DNA of 64,000 nucleotides, taken from Nitrosopumilus sp. (GTDB taxonomy: Archaea > Thermoproteota > Nitrososphaeria > Nitrososphaerales > Nitrosopumilaceae). The translations under genes were made by a program, and so were the position numbers. Shown piece after piece: positions 31,479-42,518 of this stretch. Every line of letters begins with the position of its first letter. Position 1 is the first letter of the stretch. The stretch spans positions 1,472,001 through 1,536,000 of the forward strand of contig OZ245003.1 of the NCBI GenBank assembly GCA_965223425.1. The letters are read 5' to 3'. The notes beneath the pieces were generated by a model. It saw only the letters and a program-made list of their open reading frames with translations. It did not search any database and was not told the origin of the DNA.

Positions 31479-32408
31479 TTGTCCGTGTTCAAAAACAAGG
31501 CTATAACGATAGGATTATTCTCATTTTTAATGCTCCTTTCGTTTATTCCATCTATAGATGCAAAGCTATGGGAGCTAGTAGTCGATGTAAATGTAGAAAA
31601 AGGAGTAATCCATTCAGGCGAAACAGTAGTAATTTCCGGAAAAGTTGTAGATCATGCGTACAAGCCAATGGGTGAGGTCGAGGTATTCATCAGAACAGGT
31701 GCAGATACAACAAAGATATTCACAAACCCAGAAGGCGAGTTTAGAGGTGAATTCAAAAATCTGGAAAGAGTACCGGCAACGTATACAGTTAACGTAGTTG
31801 CATCATGGAACGGAATGACCGGTTTATCAAGCACACAGTTTCAGGTGAAAGGCGATGCAACGCCAGTTTCAGTATTGCAGAAAAAACTAGCTACGGATGA
31901 AGCAAAAAAATATCTAAGCGCTAATGAAAGTGACTTTGAGAAGAATCCAATCGGGCAAACTTTGTTCAAATACTATCATGGTTTATTACAAGAATTAATT
32001 GCAGAAAAGAAAGAAAATGAGAAAATTTCAGAAGAGCAGGTTCGCTTAGAACAACAAAGACAGGTTGCTGACGAATTGAGAAATCAAGATGTCGAATTTT
32101 ATAATCCAAGTTCTGGAATTTATGACGGATATCAATATGACGACTATATTAGAAATCTAAATCCAGAAATAAGAGACTTGGTTACAGGTCAACTCAACTT
32201 TACGAAAAATACGTTTGAAGAGGCGCAGAAAGCAAGAGATGAGATTCTGGCAAATGGGGGGACATATGAGGAAGCCAGGCAGGCATATTTGGACATTGTT
32301 TCAATTCCAAAAGAGATTCTTGAGCAATTCAGCCAAAACAAAGTAGATGTGGAGCCAGAAGATGATTCTGAAGAAGAATCCAGTGAGGAGAACTCAGACA
32401 ACCAATGA
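31479..32408 (+). CDS. exported protein with Ig/carboxypeptidase-regulatory-like domain
   Basis: Signal peptide; ISGKVVD...TNPEGEF; acidic tail. Confidence 0.7.
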   Translation: MSVFKNKAITIGLFSFLMLLSFIPSIDAKLWELVVDVNVEKGVIHSGETVVISGKVVDHAYKPMGEVEVFIRTGADTTKIFTNPEGEFRGEFKNLERVPATYTVNVVASWNGMTGLSSTQFQVKGDATPVSVLQKKLATDEAKKYLSANESDFEKNPIGQTLFKYYHGLLQELIAEKKENEKISEEQVRLEQQRQVADELRNQDVEFYNPSSGIYDGYQYDDYIRNLNPEIRDLVTGQLNFTKNTFEEAQKARDEILANGGTYEEARQAYLDIVSIPKEILEQFSQNKVDVEPEDDSEEESSEENSDNQ

Positions 32409-32682
32409 ACAGTTGATAAATTCTATATGTGCCTTGTATTCAAAATCACGCAATACAATATGATGAAGATAGATATTCCATTACCATGCCCATCTTGTGA
32501 AGGGAAAACGTACTCTGTGAGATAGACGGCATTTTCAGTCCTTAAAAAAAGAAGTTGGCAAATATGTAAAGAATGTAATTTTGAAAGAACTTCTGAAGAT
32601 TGCAAAAATTCCTCTGCTGTACATTACAGCATTTTTCACTTTTCTCAACAGTTTTTAATCCAGGTTAGGCACAAAAAACGAT

Positions 32683-33018
32683 TTGAAGGTATTTTACAAG
32701 CCAGCATGCATAACATGCAAAAAAACGATCTCAGAGATCAGGAGGATGAAGGCAGATATTGAAAAGAGGGATTTCTTCAAGGAGCCGTTCTCAGAGCATG
32801 AATTGAGAGGGATTATCAAAATGACAGGAAAAAGACCATCAGAACTCCTTAGAAAAAGGGACAGGATGTACAGGGAACTAAACTTTGAAGACTGCAAAAG
32901 GACAGACGCCCAGATTATCAAACTGATGGCAAAACATCCAGGATTGATTTTAAGACCAATTGTCATTGCAAGAGGTAAGGCATTTGCAGGAAAGATAGAC
33001 GCACAAAGTCTGAAATAG
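32683..33018 (+). CDS. ArsC/Spx-family protein
   Basis: YKPACITC and HPGLILRPIV motifs. Confidence 0.85.
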   Translation: MKVFYKPACITCKKTISEIRRMKADIEKRDFFKEPFSEHELRGIIKMTGKRPSELLRKRDRMYRELNFEDCKRTDAQIIKLMAKHPGLILRPIVIARGKAFAGKIDAQSLK

Positions 33019-33019
33019 A

Positions 33020-33265
33020 CTATGAATCGTTGTCTTGCTTGAAGATTCTAATTGCCTCCAGATGAGAGCAGTTTGCCTTTAACCCCCTGCCGTGATGAAA
33101 TTTGTAAAAGTTTTTGAAACCGGGGCACTCGCACGTATCAGATGTTACAAAGTAAGACTTGTCAGGATCTGAGGACGATTTTATCTGAAACAGATCATCT
33201 TCAATCTGAACAATCCCGCCACTTTCGACAAGTTTCTTTGCCTTTCTGATGGTATTGGCACTCAT
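33020..33265 (-). CDS. SWIM zinc-finger protein
   Basis: CECPGF...CSH. Confidence 0.8.
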   Translation of the reverse strand: MSANTIRKAKKLVESGGIVQIEDDLFQIKSSSDPDKSYFVTSDTCECPGFKNFYKFHHGRGLKANCSHLEAIRIFKQDNDS

Positions 33266-33532
33266 GTGGTTACCATGTCATCATCGTTTTTTATGCTTTA
33301 ACTTTTTCATGGGATCAGTTACTATCCTTTACTGTCTTTGTACAAGTCAGTGCCGTACGCCTCGTCGCGCATCTGCTCCATGATGCTATCTACTGTTTTT
33401 TCATCATAAAAGAAAGATTAGGAGCCAAGTAGTCTGTTTCATAACCCTGTCTAAAATCATAGCAAAGCCGATCAAGGCAAAGACACGACATCGTTAAACC
33501 AAAACGTTTCTGGATCACCTCTGTCGAACACC

Positions 33533-33925
33533 ATGTGTATTGGGCACCGACAACTGGAAGTATATAGAACGCGGCAGGATGCTTGTCATACGGGACAGCC
33601 AGGAATGGTCACGGGATCTGGGACAGCAGCTCAAAGATTTCTTTCTACGGTGCCAAAATATTTCAAAAATATCACACAGTGGTGGCGTGATTCTAAAACT
33701 ACAGATGAGGATTATGTTATAGCAGTGAATTATCTGGCAAACAAACACGCCATACCTCTCCATTTCTCATCAATAATTCCGATGAGTTTGATTGAAAAAC
33801 CACTTGAAGAATTTTGTCGCAATTATCATCATATGATCCGTCAATGCGTAGATCATCAACATTTTAACTACTGCATAGATCAGATAACTCAAAAAATGCT
33901 CAGAGAGTGTCCCTCCGCGAAATAA
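33533..33925 (+). pseudogene. remnant of a thaumarchaeal secreted protein
   Basis: VPKYFKNITQWW...YVIAVNYL resembles the common thaumarchaeal C-terminal domain; no credible start. Confidence 0.4.
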
Positions 33926-34136
33926 CAATACTACTATCAGTACGATTTAAATTAACATGAAACGTGCATGACGGCTCTGCAGAAACCAAATCACAAGATT
34001 GAACGGCGTATTCGGAGATCCCCGGACAAGAGAATGCTTTCTGCCCAGAGTTCTTGGAGATAATTTTCGCACTTGCCTCTTTTGGCCAATTAGTCAATGC
34101 CCAAGCATACTGCAATTATTATAAACTGGCTACCTC

Positions 34137-35201
34137 ATGAGTCTATTGAGCATGAAGAGGTATGTTGCAACGAGACTTGCAACAATGTTTGGTGTTTTGA
34201 TGATTACGTTATTAATCACAATTGCACTTGTTGGCTCAAACATGGATACCATATTAAAGCAAGGGATCGTTTTTCAAGTGAGGTCTGAGATTACTGAGAA
34301 TCCTGCAATTGCTGAAAGTTTTTCATCAGTTGAAGAGTTTGAAGGATTTGTTCAGAGTCAAATAGATCAGAGAACCAAAGTTTTAGGATTAGATGAGCCA
34401 TGGTATTCGCCTCAAAGGATAGGGTTTACCATGTACAAAATATTATTACTTGATTTTGGACATGCGACGTTTCTCATTAGTGATTCAGGCTCTTCGGATG
34501 TAAAGGACATAATTTTTGAGAAACTACCAAGAACAGTTTTACTATTTACAACTGCCACAATAATCATCTCAATAATAGGAATATTTCTTGGGGCATTATC
34601 AAGTAGCAAAGTTGGCTCCATCATAGACAGAATTACATCAAGTTTTGCAATAGTTAGCTCTAGTTTTCCAGTTTGGTGGATAGGAATGTTAATGATATTT
34701 TTATTTGCATTTACATATCAGATATTTCCCGCAAGAGCGACTCCAGACATTCCATCATCTGATCCCAGGTATGTTGGAGCGCTGTTGTATCATATGACTT
34801 TGCCATTAATTACCATTGTAGTGATTGGTTTTGGTTCATGGGCATACTTGGTAAGAAATTTCATGGTGGGGATTATGCAAGAGGACTTTATCATGGCAAA
34901 AAAGACAATTGGGATCAAACAAAAAAAGATAGTCTATACTCACGCGCTAAAAAATGCAGCCCCGCCAATTATAACAATTTTAGCACTTAGTTTATCAGGA
35001 TCATTAGGCGGGGCAATCATCACAGAGGCGGTTTTTGATTGGCCAGGAATGGGCAGATTATACTTTGAAGCAATTACAGTGATGGATTTGCCAGTAATTA
35101 TTGGCGCCACGTATGTTCTTACAGTGTTCTTTCTTGTGAGCATATTCATTGCAGATTTGCTTTATGGCTATTTTGATCCAAGGGTAAGGACAGGTCAATG
35201 A
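34137..35201 (+). CDS. ABC peptide transporter permease (DppB/OppB)
   Basis: SFPVWW, HALKNA and EAVFDWPGMG motifs. Confidence 0.92.
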   Translation: MSLLSMKRYVATRLATMFGVLMITLLITIALVGSNMDTILKQGIVFQVRSEITENPAIAESFSSVEEFEGFVQSQIDQRTKVLGLDEPWYSPQRIGFTMYKILLLDFGHATFLISDSGSSDVKDIIFEKLPRTVLLFTTATIIISIIGIFLGALSSSKVGSIIDRITSSFAIVSSSFPVWWIGMLMIFLFAFTYQIFPARATPDIPSSDPRYVGALLYHMTLPLITIVVIGFGSWAYLVRNFMVGIMQEDFIMAKKTIGIKQKKIVYTHALKNAAPPIITILALSLSGSLGGAIITEAVFDWPGMGRLYFEAITVMDLPVIIGATYVLTVFFLVSIFIADLLYGYFDPRVRTGQ

Positions 35202-36565
35202 GCAGCGTCACATCTCAGGAAATAAAACAAGAGTTTCTCAAAAGTAAAATGGGAATTGCAGGAATCGTAATTCTTGTGATTTTGGTGTCAACATCAATTA
35301 TTGCCATGGTTTCAATTCCGATTGAAACTTTTCAAGAATGGAACAACCCGGGCAGTTGGATTTCATATCCAAAGGTTGCAATTCCAGTTTGGATGAATCT
35401 CTTTGTGGTAGAAAAAATTCCTGAGCATAAAATTTTAGAGACGCCAAACATCCAAACAGATACGCAAGGGGAAATTATGCTTACGTCGCATCATTTCGGG
35501 CTAAGTTACGAGTATGATGACTTTCCAAATGACTTTATCTACGAGTTTTCAGCAGAGTATTTCAATTCACCATTACTCCAGATGACAGTAACTAGACCTG
35601 ATGGCCTTAAACTTGAATTGTTATCAACATCGCTTCCATTCTCGAATTCACAAACCATTCATACTGAAAGAATCTTTTCAACAGATGATTCAATTAAGAA
35701 AAACTTGTCAATGCAATCCGAAGCATTTGAATTTGGTTTTGATAGGTTGTCAGTTGAAGATATTATTTTTTCAAAAACACAAATTAACGAGCCATTAAAA
35801 GGAAATTATGTTTTTTCAGTAGATGTATATTCAATAAATTCTGAAGCTCAAATCCCCAAATCAAAATTAATCATTGGAGGCAAAGCTTTTGGAATAATGG
35901 GAACTGATGAACTAAGAAGAGATTTGGCAGTAGGGCTGTTATGGGGAACACCACTTGCGCTGTTTATCGGCCTTGTTGTGGCAATCGCCTCAGTAATTAT
36001 GGGATTGCTTTATGGGGTGTATGCCGGATTCAAAGGCAAAAAAACCGATGAGGCTATGATGCGATTCAATGATGTAATCTATGCATTGCCGGCGCTTCCA
36101 TTTTTAATTATACTTTCAGTAACAATAAGCAACAGCATATTTTTGATGGTGGGTTTTTTGATGATTTTTGGATGGGTAGGAATCGCAAAAGTGTCAAGAA
36201 GCATGTCCCTTCAAATTAAGACCCGGGGCTATGTTGATGCGGCAAACATGATGGGGCAAAAAGACTCTAAAATAATTCTCAAGCACATATTGCCACAGTT
36301 ACTACCATACGCATTTGCAAGTATCGCAATATCAGTTCCTGCTGCCATCACCACAGAGGCAGGTCTTAGTTTTCTGGGATTAGGAGATCCATCATTTCCA
36401 ACATGGGGTCAAATCTTACACGATGCAAATACGTTTGGTGCAGCTCCAAGAGGACTTTGGTGGTGGATAATGCCACCAGGAGTAATGATTGCCATAACAG
36501 GTCTTGCGTTTGTTTTTATCGGAAGCGCACTTGATGCAATAGTTAATCCAAAGCTCAAGAGATGA
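35198..36565 (+). CDS. ABC peptide transporter permease (DppC/OppC)
   Basis: GTDELRRD, KHILP and EAGLSFLGLG motifs. Confidence 0.92.
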   Translation: MSSVTSQEIKQEFLKSKMGIAGIVILVILVSTSIIAMVSIPIETFQEWNNPGSWISYPKVAIPVWMNLFVVEKIPEHKILETPNIQTDTQGEIMLTSHHFGLSYEYDDFPNDFIYEFSAEYFNSPLLQMTVTRPDGLKLELLSTSLPFSNSQTIHTERIFSTDDSIKKNLSMQSEAFEFGFDRLSVEDIIFSKTQINEPLKGNYVFSVDVYSINSEAQIPKSKLIIGGKAFGIMGTDELRRDLAVGLLWGTPLALFIGLVVAIASVIMGLLYGVYAGFKGKKTDEAMMRFNDVIYALPALPFLIILSVTISNSIFLMVGFLMIFGWVGIAKVSRSMSLQIKTRGYVDAANMMGQKDSKIILKHILPQLLPYAFASIAISVPAAITTEAGLSFLGLGDPSFPTWGQILHDANTFGAAPRGLWWWIMPPGVMIAITGLAFVFIGSALDAIVNPKLKR

Positions 36566-36883
36566 TCAAAGGTCAAATTTTCGAATTAATTCAATAGCAC
36601 CATCATTCAGTTTTATTGAATAGCATGATGAATTTTCATCATTGAATGCTGCCAGCTTGTTAGCAAATACTTTTTTGCTGTGACCGTCTTCAGATGCCTT
36701 GTCTGATTCATCAAAACAAATGGGCATTTGTTTCATATTTAGATTGTTTTTTAGGAGAAAAGCAATGAATTTTTGGTAATTTTCAGTTTCAAACCAGTCG
36801 ATGTTTTTTTCTTTGCTTGCGCCAATCCATATCTCAATGGAGTTTTGATATAGAACTTTTTTTCTTAGTTCTTCTAGTGCCAT
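36566..36883 (-). CDS. hypothetical protein
   Basis: Likely start MALEELRKK. Confidence 0.6.
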   Translation of the reverse strand: MALEELRKKVLYQNSIEIWIGASKEKNIDWFETENYQKFIAFLLKNNLNMKQMPICFDESDKASEDGHSKKVFANKLAAFNDENSSCYSIKLNDGAIELIRKFDL

Positions 36884-36896
36884 CTTTTCCTCACGA

Positions 36897-37226
36897 TTAA
36901 AAATCAGCCCGTTGCATTTTTGAACCACAGCGTGGGCAAGAACCGCCTTTGTGTTTGTTGTTACAAACAAGACAGACATAACGAACGCTGCCAGAACCGC
37001 CTTGTGATCCCATTCCAAAGAATCCGCCGCCACCGCCGCCGCCAGATCCGGAACCGCCATAGCCTCGCATACGATTCATGTATTGCCTTCGTAGGATTAA
37101 TGGGAATGCAATAAAAATTGCCAATGCAGCTCCTAGGCCATATGGGAATGGAAGCACCATTTGTAATCCAATGCTGATAGCTAGTGATGCAAACAAGAAG
37201 ATCAAATAGGTTTTGTAATTAAACAT
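36897..37226 (-). CDS. membrane protein with Gly-rich linker and C-terminal zinc ribbon
   Basis: 2 TM segments, poly-Gly, CLVC...CPRC. Confidence 0.75.
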   Translation of the reverse strand: MFNYKTYLIFLFASLAISIGLQMVLPFPYGLGAALAIFIAFPLILRRQYMNRMRGYGGSGSGGGGGGGFFGMGSQGGSGSVRYVCLVCNNKHKGGSCPRCGSKMQRADF

Positions 37227-37296
37227 TTCATTCCAAAGTTAGTAAAAAAAGGTTATAAAGCTTTGTCAGCTTTTTTCAGTTTTTTTTTCAAGTATT

Positions 37297-37704
37297 TTAC
37301 AAATTTTGGACAATTGATAGAGGCACAGAATTTCCACCACTGTCCCATGCAAAAATTGAATCGTCTTTGTAAGGAGATTTTACAATTAACGAGATCAAAC
37401 CAAAAAAATTATGCAAATCGGTAACTGATGGCTCCGCTGAGCCGCTAGGATGAGAGTGAACAATTCCCACATAGCTCATATCAAAGGGCAGAAACGAGTG
37501 TGGAAATCCAGCAAATGTTGGTCCGGTTTCACTAAAAGGAGGGATTACAAGCCCGTCAATTTTGATTTCCCCGTTTTTAGATTTTCCTTTTAATATTAGA
37601 ATGCCTTCGTTTGGATGTTTCATTTGACAAAAAGATAGGATGCTGTCCAGTACTTCTTTTTGTATCAGCACTTTACGTTCAAGTTTTTTCCTCTTGAAAA
37701 TCAT
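37297..37704 (-). CDS. JAMM/MPN+ metalloprotease
   Basis: PNE...HSHPSGSAEPSVTD. Confidence 0.9.
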   Translation of the reverse strand: MIFKRKKLERKVLIQKEVLDSILSFCQMKHPNEGILILKGKSKNGEIKIDGLVIPPFSETGPTFAGFPHSFLPFDMSYVGIVHSHPSGSAEPSVTDLHNFFGLISLIVKSPYKDDSIFAWDSGGNSVPLSIVQNL

Positions 37705-37735
37705 AAAAATTCTTTAATTTTGGACTAATTTAATT

Positions 37736-39016
37736 TTAAGACACGGATATGGCGTATTTTGTGTTTGAGAACAGCCTTAATTTCTTTTCAATATCAGACA
37801 CAAGTTGTGGAATTTTTGAGTCAATTCCATCTATCTCGCCTTGAAAAGTTTCAGATTTAAGTTCTGAATCTTCCCTAAATGAGATATTTTTGTTTAATTC
37901 AGCCTCCAATGATTCAAGTTCGCCGGAGACAAGAGAATTTAGACCATTTTTCATTTTGTCATATTTTTCCAAATACTCTGAAATTTGTTTTATAAAACCA
38001 TCAAGTGATTCTTCAGTTTCAGTAATTTGAGACAAAGATTTCGCAACATCTTTGACAGAAATAGAACCAGAAGTAATTCCTTTTCTTACATTTTCTAAAA
38101 TTACAATAATGGAATCTCTGTGTTGAGGAGAAAGAACGCCAAATGGATTGGCAACTAGTTTAGCTAAGATGTTTTTTTGTTCTTTATCTAAAGAAGAACC
38201 GTATTCATATCTACCAAGAGGACGAGAGATTTTTGTAAATTGCACATCAATCTCGTTTTTTATTTTTGATTTTTGTTTACCAAACTCTTCAAGTTCCTCT
38301 TTAAGATCAAGATATTTTTTATAACCACCAGAGGATTTGACCTTTTCAATGGAATCCTGTATCGATGAGATTTTTCCATCAAGTGATTTTTTATTTTTGT
38401 CCATATCGTTGATTTTTTGATTTTTTTCTATGCGTGTTTTCTTTAGAGTCTCAATCTGAACAAGGGCATCCAGCATATCGTCTGAAACCATTTTTTCAGA
38501 ATCATAGTTTTTTAATAATTTATGAATCTCAGAGTGGTTTGAGTTCATTACTTCAAGATTATCTTTTAATTTATTTGCGTACTTTTTTGCAAAAATATGA
38601 ATTACTCTAGTTTGTCTTCCTAAGACATCACCAAGTTTTTTAAGAATTTGATTTAATGTAGAATCTAGCTTTTTTGCATCATCAATTGATGAAATTTCTA
38701 ATAGATGAATGACTCCTTTTTTAATAACATCAATTACTTGTTTTTTCCCTCGAATCACAATAACTGCAAGATGTCTGTCGATATCATCGACTTTCAGGTC
38801 GTCTTTTTCAAGAACATTTCCTATTTTTATCAAATCATCAATCAGGGGCTCGGTATTGTTTCTAAGATGTTTTATTTCGGCAATGGTTTGAGATGTTCGT
38901 AGTTGGTTAAGGTCAGCCAAGATTTTTTCTACATCAGATAGCTTGATCTCCTTATCCTGAAGGACTTCCTCCATTGGTTTTTCTTCCCGCCTCTTTTTAC
39001 CCCATCCAAATACCAT
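37736..39016 (-). CDS. coiled-coil hypothetical protein
   Basis: 426 aa, K/E/L heptad-rich. Confidence 0.75.
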   Translation of the reverse strand: MVFGWGKKRREEKPMEEVLQDKEIKLSDVEKILADLNQLRTSQTIAEIKHLRNNTEPLIDDLIKIGNVLEKDDLKVDDIDRHLAVIVIRGKKQVIDVIKKGVIHLLEISSIDDAKKLDSTLNQILKKLGDVLGRQTRVIHIFAKKYANKLKDNLEVMNSNHSEIHKLLKNYDSEKMVSDDMLDALVQIETLKKTRIEKNQKINDMDKNKKSLDGKISSIQDSIEKVKSSGGYKKYLDLKEELEEFGKQKSKIKNEIDVQFTKISRPLGRYEYGSSLDKEQKNILAKLVANPFGVLSPQHRDSIIVILENVRKGITSGSISVKDVAKSLSQITETEESLDGFIKQISEYLEKYDKMKNGLNSLVSGELESLEAELNKNISFREDSELKSETFQGEIDGIDSKIPQLVSDIEKKLRLFSNTKYAISVS

Positions 39017-39093
39017 TTAATATTATTATTTTTTGGGCATTAAAAATTGTTGTACAATGAAAATTTAAAATCCATGGAATTTCAGGGTATGAC

Positions 39094-39555
39094 GTGGTAA
39101 AAACTACAAAAAGATCATTTCATACAGGCTCTGTTAAAAAAACAATTGGAATTAATGCATCAAAGGAGAAAGTTTGGAGAAGAGTCAGCAATATTGTGGG
39201 GTTGCCAGCATGGCTAGTAGATGTAAAAAAAACAACTTATCTTTCCAAAAAGAAAAAAGATGTAGGGGCAATTAGATTAGTCGCATTTGCAGATGGCAAT
39301 AAAATTGAGGAACACGTTGTTGCATGGAAGAATAAAGAATATTTCACATATATTGCAACTGAAGGCTTGCCATTAAGAGCATATGTTGCGACAATCTCAA
39401 TTAAATCAAAATCAAAAAATCATGTTGAGTTAACATGGCAATCTTATCTTAATAGCAAAAAAATGTCGGAAAAACAATTTCTAGAGTTTCTTGCATTCAT
39501 GGGTTCATTTTATGAGGCTTCGCTTGAAAATCTCAAGAAATTACTAGAAAAATAA
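39094..39555 (+). CDS. SRPBCC/polyketide cyclase-like protein
   Basis: INASKEKVW...LENLKKLLE. Confidence 0.8.
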   Translation: MVKTTKRSFHTGSVKKTIGINASKEKVWRRVSNIVGLPAWLVDVKKTTYLSKKKKDVGAIRLVAFADGNKIEEHVVAWKNKEYFTYIATEGLPLRAYVATISIKSKSKNHVELTWQSYLNSKKMSEKQFLEFLAFMGSFYEASLENLKKLLEK

Positions 39556-39608
39556 TACCAGAACATTTTTGGATTAAAGCGTAAATACGATAAATCAAGG
39601 GTGACAAT

Positions 39609-39950
39609 ATGAGTGATATGCGATTTATCATAATGGGGGTTGCATTAATCTTTGTAGGCGTTATTATTCTAGGAGCATTTGGACACGAATACCAAGCAGC
39701 AACCTTGGAATCAAATGAATTTGGAACGTGTTTTGAGTACTCAGATGACAGAGAACCGACTGCAATTGACTGCTCATTTAAGCTGTTTGATCAAACTGTT
39801 TTCTTTGCGTTAATTGCTGGGTTCATCGGTGCAGGAATAATTGCGTTAGTAAAAGGTGCAAGAGGGGATTGGGACAATAAAGTAAAACCCGAAGACATGG
39901 CAGGCCCTAACAGGAGAGAGAATGGAGGTTCAGATAAGGATGAAAGATAG
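39609..39950 (+). CDS. membrane protein
   Basis: Two TM helices. Confidence 0.7.
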   Translation: MSDMRFIIMGVALIFVGVIILGAFGHEYQAATLESNEFGTCFEYSDDREPTAIDCSFKLFDQTVFFALIAGFIGAGIIALVKGARGDWDNKVKPEDMAGPNRRENGGSDKDER

Positions 39951-40080
39951 GATTATGCTGATCTCTTAGACTTTGATTTTTCAGTCTTCAGGATTGTCTT
40001 GTTCTAATCTTTGGAAACATATTCATCGTATGGCATTTTTTATCAGTTTATTATTACTTGACGTTTTAATCATCTGTTTT

Positions 40081-42342
40081 GTATGAATTCACCTACCCTG
40101 CCTAATCAAAAAATTTGATCATCTGATCCATATATTGCCTGTTTGCTACCATTTTCATGGGGTCAAGGCCGACAAACAGGGAACTTGAAGAGACCCTGCG
40201 TTCTGCCACAGACAGGATAGCAACACTCCAGTCAAAATTTAATGTACTGCTAGATAAAAACAAACAACAAGAAAGGGCCATCGAGTATTACCAGCGCATG
40301 TTATCATACTATCAAAATCCCAACACCCCGCCGTCTGCTGACTCGCTTGAATGGAAGAGGCAAAAGAGGGAGCGTGCACAGCAAAGAAAAGACGGGGAGG
40401 GCAACGACAACAATAGCGGCAAGCCCGGCGGCAGGACAGGACGCGCCGGAGTATCGCGGCATCACAGCCCGGAGAGAAGACAGCGGCACGACTTTGAGCG
40501 CAGGCAGTCAGGCAGAAGCATCACAAAAGTTCTTCCAAGATGCAGGTGCGGCAAGGCCATGGTTTTGGGCAACCCCCGCGTACGGGACATCATAGAGATG
40601 GAGGTCACCGCACACGAGACCCGCCACCGCATAGAGACTGCTGTCTGCGCGTCATGCGGCCATACAGAGGAGGCGCCAAACGGCGACCTGCCAAGACTCG
40701 GATCGTACGGCAAGAACGCGGTGGGGTTCGTCTCTGAGCTGCGCGCCGCCCGCGTCCCGCTCAAGATCATACCGCGCATCATACACTCTGTTGCCGGAGT
40801 CAGCATGTCTGCTTCCACTGCAAACAGCATCATGGCACGCACCGCAGACGCGCTGGAAGGCCAGGCATCTGAGATAGCAAAGAACGTGGCCAAATCAGAA
40901 AGCGCCGGGTTTGATGAGACCATGCATCGCGACTGCGGCATCAAAAAGCAGACAAACGTGGCCCAGTCAGGAAACAACATCTCAATACAGATCAGCTCAA
41001 GCAGGGCCACCCTGATGCTTGATTCGATGAACTATGACGGCATAGCGGTAACTGTAGTATGCACATAAAAAAACTGAATCATTTTGACAATTATTTTTGG
41101 CCAAAAGATCCAAGACCGGCCATACCGCACACACTGCATGTACAAACAAAAAAAGAGACAGGTTGCAAGGGGGGCAAAATTTCTGCCAAACACCAGCGTT
41201 GCAGACCTCAAAAGGGCATACAAAAAAGAGACCGATCCCAGAAGGCGCGACAGGCTGCTTGCGTACATGCAGCGCAAGGACGGCGTGCCGCTATACAGGA
41301 TTGGAAGGATGCTGGGAAGGCCCAAATCCACCATATCTGCATGGCTCAACCGCGCACAGGACGAGGGAATGCGCGCAAGATTCGAGCGCAGCGGCAGGGG
41401 ACGAAAGCACCTGATAGGCGGGCCGCAGGCAAGACAGCTTGCAGCAGACCTGGATGCGGGGCCAGAATCATGCGGCTTTGAGAGCAGCCTGTGGGATTCC
41501 AACCTCGCAAGGCTGCACATCAAGCGAAAGTTCGGCGTGCAGTACAGCAAGACAGGCGCGCTGCAACTGATCAAGGAGATGGGCTTTTCGTGGAGCAAGG
41601 CGCGTCCAAAAAACCCAAGATCAGCCTCAAAAAGAAAGCAAAAAGAGTTTCAGGAGCGGGCAAAAAAACTCGTTGCAGAAAAGTCGGCGCAGGGATACAC
41701 CGTACTGGCCGGCGATGCATCCTCGATTCAAAAGGCATCAAACAGGCCCGGCTACGGGTGGAGAAGGCGCGGCAAGCGCGCCACATCCCCCTCTGTTTTG
41801 TCACGCGAAAGAAGATACATTTGGAGTCCTGTCAGCAAGCGCGTTTTACTTTATGTTTTATGAAAAGCCAGACAGCGACAGCTTTTGCAGCTTTTTGGAA
41901 CGGGTTCACAAAAGATTCGGCAGGGTGCTGCTGTTTGTAGACAATGCGTCATATCACAAATCCAAAAAGGCAAGGGAGTTTCTGGAAAGATACAACGGCG
42001 AGACAGTTCTGGAATGCCTGCTGCCGTACACGCCGGAGCTTAATCCCATTGAGATGCAGTGGAGGGTGATAAAACGGGTACTGTCTGCAAAGGTGTTTGG
42101 CACGCTAGATGAGATGGAGCAGTCAGTACGCAAGCTGTTTGCCAGAAAGGAGATCCTGCCTGTGAAAATGTTCAATTATTTAATATGCTAACTACGGAAG
42201 ATAAGCGGGCAGACCAAGGGCGGCAGCAAGTCCATGAAGCGCCTGGGAGATTTTGTAAGCTGCGTCCTGACGTGGCAGAATCACGGCAAGAGCGTGGCGC
42301 AAGAGGTTGCCAGACTGATATAAGGGGCAGGTGAATTCATAC
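40081..42342 (+). mobile_element. IS66-family element disrupted by IS630 (sibling of 57633-59158)
   Basis: TIRs GTATGAATTCAC/GTGAATTCATAC; tnpC from 40157 truncated; no TSD. Confidence 0.9.
41055..42194 (+). mobile_element. IS630 element with frameshifted transposase
   Basis: Ends TAGTATGCAC/ATGCTAACTA; 2-bp deletion near 41820 relative to the intact copy. Confidence 0.9.
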
Positions 42343-42518
42343 GAACCAACAGACATGTAGACCCGTATGAGTCGTGTGGACAGGAAAAATGAATCCATGA
42401 CTTTGACGAGGATATGAGGACTCTACCAGTGTAACCGAGAGAAAAATATGAATCAAATTAACCCATAAATTTCAGATTTTGATATTGTTTTAAATCACAA
42501 CATTTCCTAGATTAACAT

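Noticed and set aside
40304-41010. Many overlapping alternate-frame ORFs inside IS66, IS630 and IS110 copies
   Set aside because: Shadow ORFs of GC-rich transposase genes with no recognisable motifs.
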